A stretch of DNA of 55,064 nt, filler included, from Basidiobolus ranarum (GCA_040143965.1; 5 parts of 5 records of this genome joined end to end with filler, not necessarily neighbours in it), one strand, 5' to 3'; counted from the first letter of the whole stretch, positions 24,694 to 37,920 are shown. Notes: generated by a model from the letters alone, not told the origin. Program-made: numbers and translations.

Positions 24694-25591
24694 ATGACAA
24701 GTTACGAAGATTGGGTAGCTCCGCTGGTTGGGCCAATCCGCCCACTTCAACCCACTACCTCGCCCGTGGAGATAAATAACAAGCCTACGCAGGAGTCTAA
24801 ATGTTACCATTACTCAAATATCTGTACTTGCTGGTCAGGATATACTGAGGCTAAAGATAACTCCACTAAACGCTTGGAGAAGTCCAAATTTAGCAAATTC
24901 ACATCGTATCTGCGTTCCATAAGCAGTAAGCTAATCCACGTAAACTAAGCCACAATCCTTGACGCCATACTAATCTTTCTAGACTTGCTAAAGGCGAATA
25001 AACGACCTGAAATCTCTTCGCCGTTCAATTTTCTACATTGTGAGCACGCTGGTGTGGATCCAGTTACCAAGGAGATTGTTGTAAGTGATATTTTATGCGG
25101 AGAGATTGACTAATCGTCTAAACCATTGATTTGCTTAGGATCTACCAATTCATTCGCCAAACTTAATCTCCGTCGAACAACTCACCCACACTCCTGACGA
25201 GATGATGACACCAAGGATCAGCACATTACCATCCAAGCTTCGTGGTCAAGTATGCAATAGGGAGCACTCAAGGAGAAAAACTACCATCCATATCGATGCC
25301 AACTTGATGAAGCAGGAATCCAATCAAATGCAGCGCTGGTCACTTCACTCGAATCATGAAGCACTTAGTCAGAAAAATTCGAACCATCGACCCAGCCTAC
25401 AACCATCAATAAATCGTAAAGTAAGTCTAAATCATTTCCTCATGAGATCATTAGCTAATCAGATTCTACAGAACCTGGAGATTTCTTCTCCCTTTAACCC
25501 AATCCACGTTGCGCATATTGCTTTCTCTAAGGATGGAGCGTTGATCGCCATGCCACAGAGCTGGAGGCAAAGCTTAGCCTTTGAACATTAA
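24694..25591 (+). CDS. Tandem CRIB/PBD-domain protein without kinase domain, 4 exons, ~243 aa
   Basis: Introns 24926-24982, 25081-25138 and 25421-25471 (all GTAAG...CTAAT...AG). CRIB1 EISSPFNFLHCEHAGVDPVTKEIV|DLP; CRIB2 EISSPFNPIHVAHIAFSKDGALIAMPQSW. TATATAA near 24533. Confidence 0.85.
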
Positions 25592-27267
25592 GTGCTCGTC
25601 ATGTGTGTCACGAGAAATCCAACGCAACAGCCATTTAAATCATTTGATCACTTGAATAGCATGTAAATTTCACTCATCCATTAGTGTATTGATTATCAAT
25701 TGGAATGATGCCAAGTGTTCACTCCATTTCAGCATGTATAAATAATAAACAAAGTCTGGTTGGCCCACAAAACTTTCAAGTGCTTGATTCTACGATTGCC
25801 TACAATTATTCCAGGGCATATCTGCTGCTTACTCACGATGAGAAAGTGCGTCATCATCGGATAATGAGCAGTGGACACACTCTCAGCATAATCATGGCTT
25901 TACTGATGTTTGCATCTATACTGTACAATTGAATCATAAATTATAGAATGCCTTAGGTACAAACCAATCACTTGATCAGAATTGACCCAGTCTTGTTAGC
26001 TTATTGATTTAAAATCAACTGTGATGACACCAGCGGCTTGGATCCAACATGTATGACCTACTTTTCAGATCGGTTGCACCACTGATGTTGCACACGTGCC
26101 CGATTAGTTCCATTCGATAGTTACGACATACAAGCCGGTCAATACCATTCGACATTCAAACGATATATCAAGCGTAATGGCAGGCAATATGTTTAGTTCA
26201 CATCAAATCATCGAGTCACTAATCACTTGAGATGCAACATTTACGTATATTCATGTTGGTTACAAAGAGAGCATGATACCTCCTGAGTTGAAGCACCATA
26301 AAATGCATATTCTGTCCTACTCCAATGGGCTACATTGTATGACGAGACAACAGGTACCAAGACTAATATAATCAATCGCGATTTCTTTCAATTCATTTAT
26401 TGTGTAGATGTCATTGATATCATAATACAAACTTTCTCGGTGACCACCCAAGTAACTTTAATCATGGGAATATGTATGGTACCGTGAGTCGATTGATTCC
26501 AGAGATTGAGGAATCAACCATTGCCCCAGCTTTAATGATGATTTGAAAGAACGAAGTTATGCATTGCTCGATATTTATCACGTTGCATATTCCTACTCAT
26601 GTGCGCTACTATTCCATGGATCCTGGCCACTAGAAGATTCATACGCGATCTCAAAGTATCTATAATGGGGTTTTCAAATAGGCGTACTGGTGAGAAGCCT
26701 CCTCAGAATGAATGGTAAACTTCAATATGAAGATCAGCAAACTCATCCGAGAGTGATAAACAGACACAACGTATACAAGAGCACAGTGATGTCAGCTGTA
26801 ATAACTATCTTCCTTCAGGCTATTTTCCAACCAAGATGCAAGTTCACCCAAGTTTTATATCCAAGCCTTTGTAATTGAAATAACTGCTTATTCTAAATCT
26901 GTTCGACTCCCTGATGAATCTTTTCAATTTAGACAAATCTACGAAGAAATTCAATTGACCCAACTTATACATCTCAAACAGTTTAACGAGTTGAATGCTA
27001 AAACTTCATCTATTAAGATCATCTTTTCTTGGAATGTAAATGAAAAAGTGACAAGCATGAGAGCGTCCAGCTGAGGAATTGATAGAACTACCATAGCTGA
27101 TAGACATTGGTACTGAGCAAAAACCTTTTGATGATTTCGTGTTTATAGATTTATTTACAGTGGGCAAATGATAATGGATAGAAAATGGGGTGGCAATTTC
27201 AATATTTTGACGTATTCTAATGTATGATACATAAATTTCTTAAAAAAAGTTCACTAATGTGGCTCAA

Positions 27268-28227
27268 CTAAAGGTTTTCCAACATCGCTTTGCAGTTATT
27301 CTCAACTTTATAATGGCGTTTCAAGCCATCTCCTCTGGCAAAACTCTTGCGACAAACCCTACAGGAATATGGCTTTTCCCCAGTATGAACCCGGATATGA
27401 CGATGGAGATCATGCTTACGTGAAAATGATCGTGCACATAGTTGGCACCTATAGGGACGAATATCCGAATGTGATTTTGTATGAGTTCTGAGAGTATTTT
27501 GCCGGGTAAATGTTCGAGTACATCCGGGGTAATCGCATTTAAATAAGTCGTGTTCCTTGGAGCCGTATGAGAAGCATTTGGTTGGTATATTGGTACGTGG
27601 TGAGACGGGAATCTCCATGTCTTCGATCTTGGAGATATCCTGTGGTGATTTTATCACTGTTAAATCTGTTAATGTACCAGATGGAACTAGTGGTTGCACC
27701 GGGGGAATTTCTTCGACGGGGAATTTCATCTTATCTGAATTAATGATGGAATCATCTATATATGTCAATGGATACCCACCACTTGGACTATTGGATGCAT
27801 ACAATTGCGGTCTGTAAGTGTACATTAGAGGATAATACTCCAGGGGGCCTTTGATACAGTGAGGGAGCCAAAAAGTTTTACGATAGAATGGGTGTAAGCT
27901 TTCATTAATACATGGTGAGTGAAATTCGCAAGGACAAGCCAACATATGCGGCTGTAGCGGTCTTATGTTCTGGGAGATTAAAGTCGTTGTTTGGTGAGAA
28001 AAACCCCCTGGGGTGCCAACTACTTCCGAGAAAATGCTAGGAGGGCTTGGAGAGTGACTAGTTGAGATGGGAAATGAGCTAGAAATAGGGATTTGCAAGA
28101 TGCTTTGAATATCGTTAATTGAGAATTCGTTTGCCGAGGCAGTATTGGCAGACTGTGCGGGATTGTAGCTCTCTGCTGTGGCATCAGTCGGCGGTAAAGA
28201 AAAGCACCAATTTTCAAAACAGTTCAT
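27268..28227 (-). CDS. C2H2 zinc-finger transcription factor (three C-terminal fingers)
   Basis: CDYPGCTRTFTRQNTLRTHTKSH, CQLCARSFSRKHDLHRHIRVH, TGEKPY linker, CRVCRKSFARGDGLKRH. First ATG at 28227. Confidence 0.92.
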   Translation of the reverse strand: MNCFENWCFSLPPTDATAESYNPAQSANTASANEFSINDIQSILQIPISSSFPISTSHSPSPPSIFSEVVGTPGGFSHQTTTLISQNIRPLQPHMLACPCEFHSPCINESLHPFYRKTFWLPHCIKGPLEYYPLMYTYRPQLYASNSPSGGYPLTYIDDSIINSDKMKFPVEEIPPVQPLVPSGTLTDLTVIKSPQDISKIEDMEIPVSPRTNIPTKCFSYGSKEHDLFKCDYPGCTRTFTRQNTLRTHTKSHSDIRPYRCQLCARSFSRKHDLHRHIRVHTGEKPYSCRVCRKSFARGDGLKRHYKVENNCKAMLENL

Positions 28228-30870
28228 ATCCAATGTGAATGATGAAAGATCGATTAGATATTGAAGTGAATGTTCCTATGTTGCTGGCTAGCCCTTGAAT
28301 TTATATTTTAATGTCAAACCAATCCAGATGATTAGGTATCGTGAAAAGATGGATTTCTGAATACTGTTTCAATGTAAACAAGATTGAAGTGCTGTTGAGT
28401 TGGTAGTTGTATGAAGCTTATTCAATGTTAAATACTCAAGCGTCATTGAGATATTCTATTTCTGTATCTTGACTGAAATCATATTAATCACTGATTGAAA
28501 TTGTTATATTAGAATGTGGTGACTTTCCTGTTTCGCAAACCAAAATTAACCTTTACTCGAGATCAACATAAAAATTCGGGGGCTCCCTCCCCCAAGAGAT
28601 GTGATTTGCCAACACGCATTTCCCATAGCAAGGTTACACACCGGTAATCCCCTACGTACTATTATGCCTTTCTGGCATAGAACTCATCAATAATCCAAAG
28701 AAGTCACAAGGAACCATCGTGTAAATTGGATAAAAGATAGGCTGTTTTGGATCCAAACATACCGATCATGTTAAGAGGATCATGGTAAAATCGAGATTCT
28801 TGATCAAGCATCCTGTGTTCTTAGTAGCACATTCTTGCTTAAAGACATCTAACCGAGCTACTGAATGGAGCTACCGAATGGTTTTGATTGACAAGCCCAA
28901 ATACGGACTCAAGTTCAATTTTTCCTATCTCTACTGGCGACATGACCAGATATTTGCAACAGGGTAAACTTAATTTGGAAACAATACTTGGCCAATTCAT
29001 CACTCAATATAAGCCCGATTTGGACGACGCACAGTTTGCCTATTGTAATGCTAAAGCTCAGCCTGTGAACATTGATGTCTTTGGAGGATAAACTGCTCAC
29101 TATTAAAGCTACTTGTTCAGATATCACACAACCCACAAAATCAATAATCTCACCTCTATTTTTGGAACGAATGAACTGGAATGTGGTGAAAATGGCATTA
29201 TACTCCATAGCCCCTAGCGCTGAAGTAACATTTTCTCAAAAAATCAGGTTGATTTCGGTGATAGTAAACTTGGCATTACCAGATGATTGTTGCAATATTT
29301 CGCATACCCTATTCTTTAACGGGTGCTACAGCTAGATAGATAAGCCACCAAGTAAGGGAAATATGGAGTGTAACAGAACTCCGTCCATAGCCGTATTTGA
29401 GGATAATCTCTCCTTTGGAATTGCCGTAATCCAAGCTAAATCTACCAGCTTGTATATGCCTCTCCCAATGGTGGTAATAATAGTAGGTTTCTTCCTGGTG
29501 TATGTTCTGGTAGGACTTCACTTGGTTAAGTGATACATCAATTTCGGGATGTGATGAGCATTGAATGTCAAGTTGATTACTCCTCATGCTAAGCCTAAAT
29601 CAATAGGCCATCTACTATTATCGTATCAAGTATCAATGGAAGTATACTTTTGAGATGCCTATCCAAGATAGGAAATCCAACAAATTGCCAAGACAATCTT
29701 TAGAATCGTCGTCCCAATTTTATGGTTGTTATAGGCATAACAGGAGTTTCATCCAGGCTGAGTTCAAGTCGGCATGAGAACTTACTTATATATTCTAGAT
29801 AATTTAAACCTCTAACTTACTTCTTAACGTGGTACACATCGCTTTGGAGGCGCGATGCATATACATCGATCATTCTACCATTGGGGGCTTTTGACTCAGG
29901 CTTTGTGAGATATATAACAAGTTCGATTTGGCGCTGAATGCATAGAAGGAAGATGTGTTATGCTGTTGACTTCTTCAAGCATAAATGATGTAAAGCAATT
30001 GAAAGTCGTACTTCATCAGATATCTGACATTACCGCTCAGTCTCAAAGTAAAGGCACAGGCCTCAACATATTCAACCAGCAAAGAAATCCTCCAAACAGT
30101 AGACAGTTATTTTGTTTTGGAAGATTACGTAGAGATTTTTGGTGTAACAAACGGAGACTTCCTTACCTATATTGATTACTCTTGTCTTTCTGAGGATGTA
30201 CGAGCTTTGTACACAGAAAGAGGAGAATGACCCGTTAAAATGGGAATATCACTCATACTGGCTGTTTCCTCGATTAAAAAAATGGTACAGATTCTGTTTT
30301 ATTGAAATGTCTTCAGGTGATATTTCAAATACCAAATTCTAATGTCTACACCATATACTAAGCATGAGATACTATTACAACTCATCAATTAGTAAGGTGC
30401 AGTTGAGAAAATTTCCCAAACCCATCGCCCAAATTGGTCTAGATTTATGTGTTTAGAAATTCTAACTTCAAGCAAGTTACCTACGCTATATAACTTACTC
30501 ACATCATTACAACATGATATTAGTAACCGTAATTAAAAGTGGCGTGTATGTATTACGCATAACTGACTGTGTCTTTTAGTATTACGAATGCAAATCTCCC
30601 ATGCCTGGTTGCAATGACACAAGCTTTAGCTGTGACTAGTTGCAAATTGCACTTACATTCACTACCCTAAAATCTCTTGTCCGGATGTTCAGGTAGAAGT
30701 AAATAATCACAGATAGTTTTTGCTGATTTAGAAAACAAGCCCATGAATGAACACTTAATGGCCTACACCAATCTATTCGGAATAATATCATGTGGACACA
30801 TTCGTCGGTTAGATTAGTTTATTGAGTGTAGCAACACTCCATAGCTTTAGTTAGAAGGATACATCCCGTC

Positions 30871-31780
30871 TTACATATCATGAAGTGTTCCTTCTTGTTC
30901 AATACTTCGTCCATAAATCACAAAAAGAGCAAGCTGTGATCCCGCCAATAGAGCCCCAAGAGCATTTGGAATAACAATGAAATGATCATTGAGAGCGTAG
31001 CCATAAGCGAACCATAAAACACAATTTATAAATGAAGTGGAGGATAACGGCAGTGATAAGGATGCTGTTGACCCAGTACTAATGACTTTGGACTTGTTTC
31101 ATCGAATATTAAAAATTGATTAAATTTCAGGTAGTTTCAACTAATGATTCAGATATACTTACTGTGGTGATAAGAGGTGCAGCGTACATACAAATCGAAG
31201 CCAAAGAAGAACTCAATCCCAGTACAGTCACCGCTCTCTCGGCTGTCAAGTGCTTTATATGAAGTAGGAAACCACATATAAATATTATCAAAAGAAGAAT
31301 GCGATTTTCAACGTGATCCTATTTTTATGTTTCATTCCATAAAAGTCAATAGATTTGGTAGCAGAATTTGTATATTAGAATCCCATTTCACCTTTTTAAC
31401 AGTATAGTGATGATATACTAGAGTGCATATTCCAGAAGTTAAAATGCCGACTGCATTAACTATTATCAGAACCACATCTTCCCTTAAAATACCGTACTGT
31501 AACCACAGTAGACAACTAAAATCTATCGATGTGAGCCCCTTGAGTACAGCAAATGAACAAGAAAACTTACTTGATAAATGTAGCGAGAAACGGATAGACA
31601 GAAATTGAACCTGTTTTTCTTTTTTTCACGAATCGCCAACCGATAGAGCTATAAGATTTCCAGAACAAACGGTTAGTATTAACTAAACTCTATCAAGTAA
31701 AATCAGGTAAAAGATTACAGGCTCGAGAAGAACATGGCCAGAGTAAATATTGTGGCAGAAACAGATAATATCAATAGCAT
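30871..31780 (-). CDS. SWEET (MtN3/saliva) sugar transporter, 5 exons, ~213 aa
   Basis: Spliced translation: MLLILSVSATIFTLAMFFSS|LSIGWRFVKKRKTGSISVYPFLATFI|NCLLWLQYGIL...VNAVG...|...MYAAPLITT|SKVISTGSTASLSLPLS...NCVLWFAYG...IPNALG...QLALFVIY. Two MtN3 repeats; absent from ORF track. Confidence 0.93.
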
Positions 31781-33032
31781 TTTAAGAGGATAACTAGCTC
31801 TAGCTTAGAATCCAAACAGGAGGTGAGAGTGAGGCAAGAAAACTTAAGTCACGCTTCAGAGGCCATATAAAGAAAATGATAAATAAAAAGAATCGCTACC
31901 ATTATCACGGATAGTAATGACTATTGAATGATCATAACTGATCAAGCAAAATTGTAAGTATCACTGGATTAATCCCAGATACTATATATATATTTTTACT
32001 GAACTCGATTATTTGATAATCATAAAACCAATTCGAAGTCAGATTCTCCTATATTGCTTAGCATCTCCTAGCTGAAGTTTAAGGATGTTTCCCAGGGTAG
32101 TGGTGCTCTAACTTCCTCTTTTGATAATTAAACTCCAATGACAAGGGTGGTTCTATTTCAGTTGTTCAGCAAAATTACCTTTACTGGCCGAATTGTCACA
32201 TATCAAGATACCTGGCATAATACAATGTGATAGATAAGTACTTGGTATCAGAGAGAAATAGCTTTAGAGTATTCCGGAACTTGACTTTTTCAGTACAAAC
32301 ACATTGCTATTGGATAATATGCTTCAATATGTGGCTCTGATCACAACTCACTCTCTAGGTCAATTTATACACAGATGCTCACTCGATACTGTGACCGAGT
32401 CTCTAAAGTATAGCGGAAAGTATCTACCAACATTATTGGGGAGCAATTGGGAGCTTGCTTTTCAGGATTGGATGCTGAGACCCAAGCTATAAGACACTAA
32501 CGTTGCTTGCTTCGACATTCTATATCTCCTCCTAACGCAATGTATATGATTAGAAACGAGATGAGAAACCTCCAACACGACTGGGCCATGGATGGAATAC
32601 GAGATTTACTTTATAGAGAAGTACTATTGTGGCCCAAGATAGTAAAATACTCATATATGTACGCCTGAACTCGATGACCCTACCAGAATCTTAGGCATTT
32701 GGCCACTACGAGGAGGTCCATGATTGTCGATTAACCAAAAAAGTGCACGTTCAATATTTGCTAATAGATTCCAAATGCAATCGTAACCATACAGTAGACC
32801 CCAGCCTCCTCACCTCATCATACCTTGATAAAAGCACTGGAATAATTCGACACAAGATCAAAATTTCTAAAATCAGCAACACAATGGGTTGGAAAATCAT
32901 CAGAAGCGATAAGCGTAATTCTAGATCACAGCGGCTCCCCTAGACAAGTATGTAACAAACAACTATGATGCAAGCTCCTGTTCTCATTGTCCTGGTACGA
33001 GTAGATGCTGCGATGCGTCTCTGTAAGTATGC

Positions 33033-33132
33033 NNNNNNNNNNNNNNNNNNNNNNNNNNNNNNNNNNNNNNNNNNNNTTAATTAATTAANNNNNNNNNNNN
33101 NNNNNNNNNNNNNNNNNNNNNNNNNNNNNNNN
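33033..33132. other. Artificial contig spacer
   Basis: N44-TTAATTAATTAA-N44. Confidence 0.98.
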
Positions 33133-33902
33133 AATATATCTTGTATCCTAGCCGCACTATTTACACTGATGGAGTGAAGGCTGGACTTTTGAAATCATTC
33201 GGTTTCGGCCAAGTTGGTGGTGAAGTCCTTGTTATTCATCCTGATTACGTTCTTGGTGCTTTGACTGAGTCTGAGTATAATACTTACAAACAAAAGACTC
33301 AAGATCGCCAAGCTAAGGCATATCGTTACTTGCACGACTCATTTGCCGGTGTTGCTGGCTTGGTCCAAGTTAAGAACGAACCCCCTTACTCACCTGAACA
33401 AGAATCCAAGGTCTACCTTAACCCCAAGGCTCGTGCCTCCTATGATGAAAAGAAGAAGACGTACACCTTTGCGAAGTCTGACCTTGATACTCCTCAAACT
33501 GATTGTGACCCTGCACTTACAAAGCAACTACTTTCTCTCACTGGCAATCAGAAAGGTGTAGGAGTAGATGTCGTCTTAGTCAACAGTATCAAGTTTGAGG
33601 AAGCAAAGCAGAAGTTAACTCAAGCCGAGTTCGAGTACTGCTCAGCTAAGCCTGATCCCAGCGCTTCCTTTGCTGGTAAACTTGCAGCTAAGGAGTCAAT
33701 CATCAAGGCTATCTCCAGTTTGGGTGGTGACGAAATCAGCAGTAAAGAAATTGAGATTGTTGTTGCCGACAGTGGAGCACCCAAAGCCGTTTTCTCTGGT
33801 AAAGCAAAGGAAGCTGTTAGTAGCACCGGATTGAAGGAAATCAAAATCTCCATCTCCCACTCAGGTAGCTATGCTGTTGCAGTAGCTGTTACCATTCTTT
33901 AA
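33133..33902 (+). CDS. FAS2: Fungal type I fatty acid synthase, 3' end (KS C-terminus + PPTase domain); 5'-truncated
   Basis: LYPSRTIYTDGVKAGLLKSFGFGQVGG, VIHPDY, VYLNPKAR, GVGVDV, SFAGKLAAKE, SISHS. Confidence 0.95.
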
Positions 33903-34571
33903 ACACACAAGTTTACATTTTCAGTAAATGCTAATATTAACTATCAATGAAATAAACCAAATAATTCAAAATCTACGCTTTTGTTCATAATATTTTGATT
34001 AAATAGATTTAGATTATTAACGTTTAAATGCCTCTGTTGAATGTTTTACCCTAAACAGTTGACTATCTATTTATACTCAAAATTATTACTTGTGTGGTAA
34101 TGCTAGCATTCAACGGACTATGATACTTTATATGGTAAGTGTTGCAGTAATACCAAGCATCTTCGGATTTACAATTAAATTAGCGGTATGGTACGATGTA
34201 CTTATTTGAGTATATGTATTACTAAACCTGTGGTTACAGAAAACCCAGTGGCTCAAGTTGACTCGAAGTACTACATGCAACGAAGAAACTAAGAATCGGC
34301 CAGATGATGAACTACAAACGGGAATGATTGAAATGCATACTTTATAACGACTTCATAAATCCAATATTCTATGATCTTACATGATGAAACAAGCAAGCAT
34401 TGAACTATTCATTCATTCTAAAAGCAACTAACACAACATGATCTGTACATACACACATATTGAGCGAATAAAAAAGCACCTCCTGTTTGGCTACTTGGGA
34501 TAATAGATGAATAGAAATCCACACAACAAGTTCTGATGGAAACGAGTAAAGTGCAGCATTAACTACTAAGA

Positions 34572-35238
34572 CTATAACCCCTCTCCTCTAAATATGGCAG
34601 TATTGTTATCAGTTTCGTGAACTTTCACCTCATAAAGCTGGCAAGATTTCAGTTGCTCTTGCATACTGATCCAAATGAAGATAGCCAAGTTTTCAGTGGT
34701 ACTTTGAATACATGATAAATTGTTATTATTCGGTCAATACAGAGACAAAAGGCTTTAACCATACCTTGGCTTATCTTGAAAATAATCTACATCTTTGTCC
34801 TGTAAAAGTTTACTCATGTTAGCAAATGAACCTGTACCAATCTTTCATCTTGATCAAATCTAACCAAATTTTTGTGATCAAGTACATCCATGATGGCGAC
34901 ATCCATAATCGCCTTCAAATCTGTGAGATTTATCACCATACCAGTACGTGGATCAACCTATATTTATATGTGAATGCTAAGCCTTCTAAACGAGGGAAAA
35001 TGGTTACTTACCTCGCCTTTGATGACGATTTCCACTAAAAAAAGGATGAGGGGAATGTTAGTTTGAGGCTAAATGCTGATTGAAGATGCTTCTGGTTACC
35101 TTTATAGTTGTGGCCATGACCATTAGGGTGGTTACACTTCCCATAAATCTCCTTATTCTCAGTTATAGATAAAAGTGGTGAGTGGAGACGATGAGCGGCA
35201 GAAAAGCGCGCAGTTCGACAAACGTAGGCAACTGTCAT
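34572..35238 (-). CDS. PTS: 6-pyruvoyl-tetrahydropterin synthase (animal-type PTPS), 5 exons
   Basis: FSAAHRLHS...[37 protein letters not shown]...LDHKNL|DKDVDYF...|[11 protein letters not shown]...[14 protein letters not shown]; catalytic Cys, Zn-binding His residues and the C-terminal ET motif are present. Confidence 0.95.
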
Positions 35239-37920
35239 GGTTGTATCTTATTACTTTAGGTAAAGAAGTCAAAGAAATAATATGCGAAAAAATAAATATG
35301 ATAAAGGTTTTCCAAACAAACCGAGGTCAAAAATGAATCAGTGGATTGAATCAGCAACTTAGTGTATTTTATATTGAGGACTATAAAATCAAACAGATTT
35401 CATATTTCTCACGCATATTTACATGTAATTACTACTTGCGTACCAATAGAGCCTCAGCTGTGAGGCCTACACTGATGTATATACATTAGATACTGACTAA
35501 GACACAATGGCCTGCCTTGAACGTGGGAAAAATGGGACCGTAGGGAAGAAAATTCTCAATCACCAATAGATTTCAGCCAATGCAGTTCCTGGAATGGTTC
35601 TGTTCCTCCGAATTCATTGGTTAGTAAACCCAATGTTTCTTTTTGACAGTACTGTTCCATTCGATAGTTTACGGAATGTGGCCTCAATCGGAGATCGTTG
35701 ATCTTGGTTATTCAAGGAGGGGAAGGGGTATGTTTGCGTATTCATTGGCAAATAGCCGCAGCTGAGTTAGATTACCAGATGTAAGGTAACACACATGGCA
35801 AGTCAAGTCCTCAAAGCTGAAAATGGTGCTATATATATATCTACATCTCAACAAGACGGCATACACGCTGGCTCTTCGGCTGTTGCTATTGAGTTCCTTG
35901 GGGTGAAGTTTCTCCATGACGCATCGATTCTAGAGAATTCTCTTCTGAAATAAGTCTGATGAATTATTCACGGGTTCAGAATCTGCTCCACTCCATGGAT
36001 AGTAACGTTATGACACTCAGTAACTACGTAAGGTTCTGAATAGTTAACTCATTATCGTGCCAATCATGCCAACCGGATCACAAAATCAAGTTAACCGAAA
36101 ATAGTTGAGATCAAATAAGTGCTTTTTGCCAATTACAGGTTAATAGCAAGCTGTTGCTGTAATGGTGAACGAGTATATTGCATATATCGCTTGAGTTGTA
36201 CGGTTTTGGATGGATTTATTAAAGTCGCCGTATATTTGGGGCTGTTACTTCGCCTCCTTGTAATTCAAAGTGACCTGGATGGCTTTCATCTCAGTGTAGA
36301 ATTTCTTTAAGTTACGAATGTCAACTTATCGATTTAGGCCGTTATTCACCAAGAAATTCAGTGCTCGGAATTCTTCACATGAGCAGCTCACAGTCAATCC
36401 AAATAAGAGGCCACAAGAGTCAAGTAGGAACTGTCCTTATGATTTCTTCAGTCAACAACGTGATGGTAGTAGTTGTATGCTAGAAATACCGCTTCCCAAT
36501 AATTGACAACCTAATATATACCCTAGGTACTACTTTGCCTATTTTTCTAAGTACTTGGGAAATAACACATCATGAAAATAATATCTTCAATCTCGTCTGG
36601 ATACATCCCTTTTGAGGACTGCTCAAGAAACAGGAAGTGTTTCTAAAGTAATGCGGGAGGAAGATTTATTTATGTGAAATATGGCTTTACCTAATATACT
36701 TCACGAACACAAGTATGGAAAGCTAGAAGCTAACCCTGAGACTGGAGGATGTTTCTATACTCTCCATAACGTTCCGTGACAACGATATCTTTCTGATACT
36801 TGAGGTGATAAGAAATATAAGAATTGGTCACGATAATTTCTTGTGCACACTCTGAGGTTGATTTTACGATAACAAAACTACTTCTAAAGTTGGTTAAGCT
36901 TACTCACAAACGTACAATGAGGTGTTCCTTCATTCCATCAGTAAGGTATCAAAGTGGTAGAGAGTTGGTAAGCACGATGTAGATATAAGAGCTCTTAATG
37001 TAGTGAGATTGTATCGTAATACAAGTATCAGCAAAAGGTTTATGGTTCATGTGCCAATAGTACATTCAATACTATCTTTTTGGACTAATCTCGCAACAAA
37101 CGTGCAGTGTCAGAATAGTCACCAATAAACCTCCTCATGACCAAATGACCTTTGTCTTCATATTATTTCCTCACAAGCAGTCCTGAACCCTTGATTATTC
37201 TGTTAACATTGCATATAAATGGCATCAAGCTATAAGCAGTTAACGCGCAAACATAATGTATATTCTTGGCATCTGAGTACTGTTGAATCTCGGCTCGTTT
37301 TTAGAATCAGTTCTGAAATGACGAATTGATCTAATCCGATTGGTTAATTTTTTTATTGGGCCGGGTTAAAGCTAATTCAGGGTAAGAGTAACATAAATGA
37401 GTAGACATGTTGAACCTTGAGGCAACTCGGATTGTCATAGAGTGGGAAATACAAAGCTGGAAGTTTGATATATGCAGAATTGGGTTAGTAAATGCAAACT
37501 GTTTGATTTTAGAGTAGGGAACACTACTTGAAACACTAGTACACGTTGCCTAGTAGTAAAAATGAAAACAAGTATTTGAGCCCAAGCCTGAGCTTGGTAT
37601 CTAAATAACATCCAAGTGACGGTAAACAAAAATTAATACTGCCATGCAGTCATCGATGCTGGTCAATCATTTGCTAGAAGCGCGTGAAAATCACTAGTTT
37701 ACATATGAATAGTAACTCCCAACCCCCTTCACTGGCTGCTGAAATTATAGTGGGACATGATAATCAATATGGTAAATTGATATTTATAATAATTCCAATT
37801 AATAGAGGCTTCAGATTGATTTAAAAACAAGGTGAAATACTTGTGAATCTCTTTCACTTGAACTGGACTTAAACACCAAACTTTACTGACGACTTCTCTA
37901 AAAATTTAAAAATCCTCACA

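Noticed and set aside
26813-27074. ~87-codon open frame without an early ATG (FRLFSNQDASSPKFYIQ...)
   Set aside because: Possible orphan exon, but no upstream exons or motif could be established.
28740-30300. Patchwork of 60-97 aa ORFs on both strands
   Set aside because: Many stops and no identifiable family; at most an unidentifiable decayed gene or TE.
32243-32253. TGGTATCAGAG resembling a tRNA-iMet primer-binding site
   Set aside because: No LTR-terminal CA directly before it and no gag-like frame after it; likely chance.
35450-37150. Protein-like minus-strand frames interrupted by frequent stops
   Set aside because: No domain recognised; cannot support a pseudogene call without a homology search.
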